Shown here piece after piece: positions 62,834-64,000 of a DNA stretch of 64,000 bases. The DNA comes from an uncultured Gemmatimonadales bacterium. Lineage in GTDB: Bacteria > Gemmatimonadota > Gemmatimonadetes > Longimicrobiales > RSA9. Positions within the stretch are counted from its first letter, which is position 1. Each line of letters starts with the position of its first letter. The stretch lies in contig CAWCRS010000007.1 of NCBI GenBank assembly GCA_963798085.1, positions 832,001-896,000 on the forward strand, in the 5' to 3' direction. The notes under the pieces are model-generated. The model did not search any database. It was not told where the DNA came from and worked only from the letters and a program-made list of their open reading frames with translations. Both the position numbers and the translations under genes were made by a program.

Positions 62834-64000
62834 ATGAGTTCGATTCGAAGGTATGCGATTCCCGCTGGCGTCGGCGCCGTTCTGGCGGCCGGCGCGCTGA
62901 CGCTGGGAATGACCAGTCGTCACCAGGAACCAGTGTCGAGTGCGGAGGTGGCCCGCGCGGCCCGGCCGGATCCGTCCTGCGCGGCGCCCACTGCCACGCT
63001 CCAGGCGCTGAGTCAGGTGTTCCGTTGCGCCACGCACGCGGCCATGCCGTCCGTGGTGTACGTCGAAGTGGAGAGTCATGGCCAGCAGCGGCAGCAGGGG
63101 CGGTCCGAAGATCCGTTCCGCGGCACGCCGTTCGAAGGCATGGTACCGCAGGTCCCCCAGCAGCAGCAGCAGATGCCGCAGATGGGCAGTGGCTCGGGCT
63201 TCGTGTTCCGCCCGGGCGGCTACATCCTGACCAACAATCACGTGGTGGACGGCATGGATCGCGTGACCGTGGTCACGCAGGATCGCTCGGAACGTACCGC
63301 TGACGTGGTGGGTCGTGATCCTAACACCGACATTGCAGTGCTGAAGGTCAAGGACGCGGATCTGCCGGTGGCGGCACTGGGCAATTCGGATCAGGCCGAT
63401 GTGGGCGACTGGGTGCTCGCGCTGGGTTATCCGCTGCGCCTGGGCGTGACCGTGACGTCGGGCATCATCAGCGCGAAGGGCCGGGAGATCGGCATCCTGC
63501 GGCAGAATCAGCAGGCTTCCGCCCCGGTCGAGTACTATCTGCAGACCGATGCGGCCATCAATCCCGGCAACTCGGGTGGACCGCTGGTCGACCTGGACGG
63601 TCGCGTGATCGGCATGAATTCCGCCATTGCGAGTCCCACCGGCTATTTCAGTGGTTACGGCTTCGCGATTCCCATCAACATTGTCATGCACGTCGCGGAC
63701 GATCTGATCAAGTACGGCGAAGTGCACCGCGCCCGGCTGGGTCTGGGCGTGAAGGACGTGACGCCAGCGGATGCGCAGGTCTACAAGCTGACTCAGCCGC
63801 AGGGCGCCGTGGTGAGCCAGGTGCCCGAGGACTCGCCCGCAGGTGCGGCGGGCATGCAGCTGGGTGACGTGATCACGGCGGTTGATGGTCAGACCGTGCA
63901 GTCGGCAGGCGACCTGATCGACAAGGTGACGCTGCAGGCACCGGGCTCAACCGTGAAGCTGAGTGTCGTGCGCTACGGCCGCGACATGACGTTCAACGTG
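62834..64000 (+). CDS. HtrA/DegP-family serine protease with PDZ domain; runs off the right edge
   Basis: GGAGG RBS before ATG 62834. Manual translation gives GSGSGF, ILTNNHVV, TDIAVLK, QTDAAINPGNSGGPL and a PDZ segment (SPAGAAGMQLGDVI). Confidence 0.93.
   Translation, partial: MSSIRRYAIPAGVGAVLAAGALTLGMTSRHQEPVSSAEVARAARPDPSCAAPTATLQALSQVFRCATHAAMPSVVYVEVESHGQQRQQGRSEDPFRGTPFEGMVPQVPQQQQQMPQMGSGSGFVFRPGGYILTNNHVVDGMDRVTVVTQDRSERTADVVGRDPNTDIAVLKVKDADLPVAALGNSDQADVGDWVLALGYPLRLGVTVTSGIISAKGREIGILRQNQQASAPVEYYLQTDAAINPGNSGGPLVDLDGRVIGMNSAIASPTGYFSGYGFAIPINIVMHVADDLIKYGEVHRARLGLGVKDVTPADAQVYKLTQPQGAVVSQVPEDSPAGAAGMQLGDVITAVDGQTVQSAGDLIDKVTLQAPGSTVKLSVVRYGRDMTFNV

Overview
High-GC bacterial chromosomal window. 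The gene content (ADOP-type permease, 6-bladed propeller lipoprotein, BTAD/AAA regulator, many secreted beta-barrels) suggests Gemmatimonadota or a similar lineage; this is inference. Many genes are broken by single-base indels, often in homopolymers and in clusters, which most likely reflects long-read consensus error, so I reassembled split ORFs by eye. Ordinary content: a CPA2 K+/H+ antiporter, ABC permease, M1 aminopeptidase, CopD, a TetR-TolC-HlyD-ABC efflux operon, a mycobacterial Sdh1-like succinate dehydrogenase, split aconitase X, a subtilase, YfcC, an ECF sigma/anti-sigma pair, DUF72, an SSS symporter and HtrA. Five regions stand out. (1) A ~13.5 kb island of lower GC (~7450-20950) encodes a membrane-spanning BTAD-STAND ATPase-TM-beta-propeller-Ig protein, divergent from a TPR/CsgG-like lipoprotein, beta-barrel and Ig-repeat lipoprotein operon. 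The island also holds a second, truncated copy of the same regulator start and promoter fused to a half IS21. (2) A tandemly duplicated module pairs a polytopic GT-C-like membrane protein with a Thr-nucleophile sulfatase-fold enzyme. (3) A HEAT + GT2 + TPR-barrel operon has a GT2 that has lost its catalytic motifs. (4) A His-rich lipoprotein sits next to a CopC-less CopD. (5) Several ~300 bp intergenic elements are bounded by inverted arms, two of them built from shuffled hexamers. No rRNA, tRNA, CRISPR array, integrase or reverse transcriptase was recognised.
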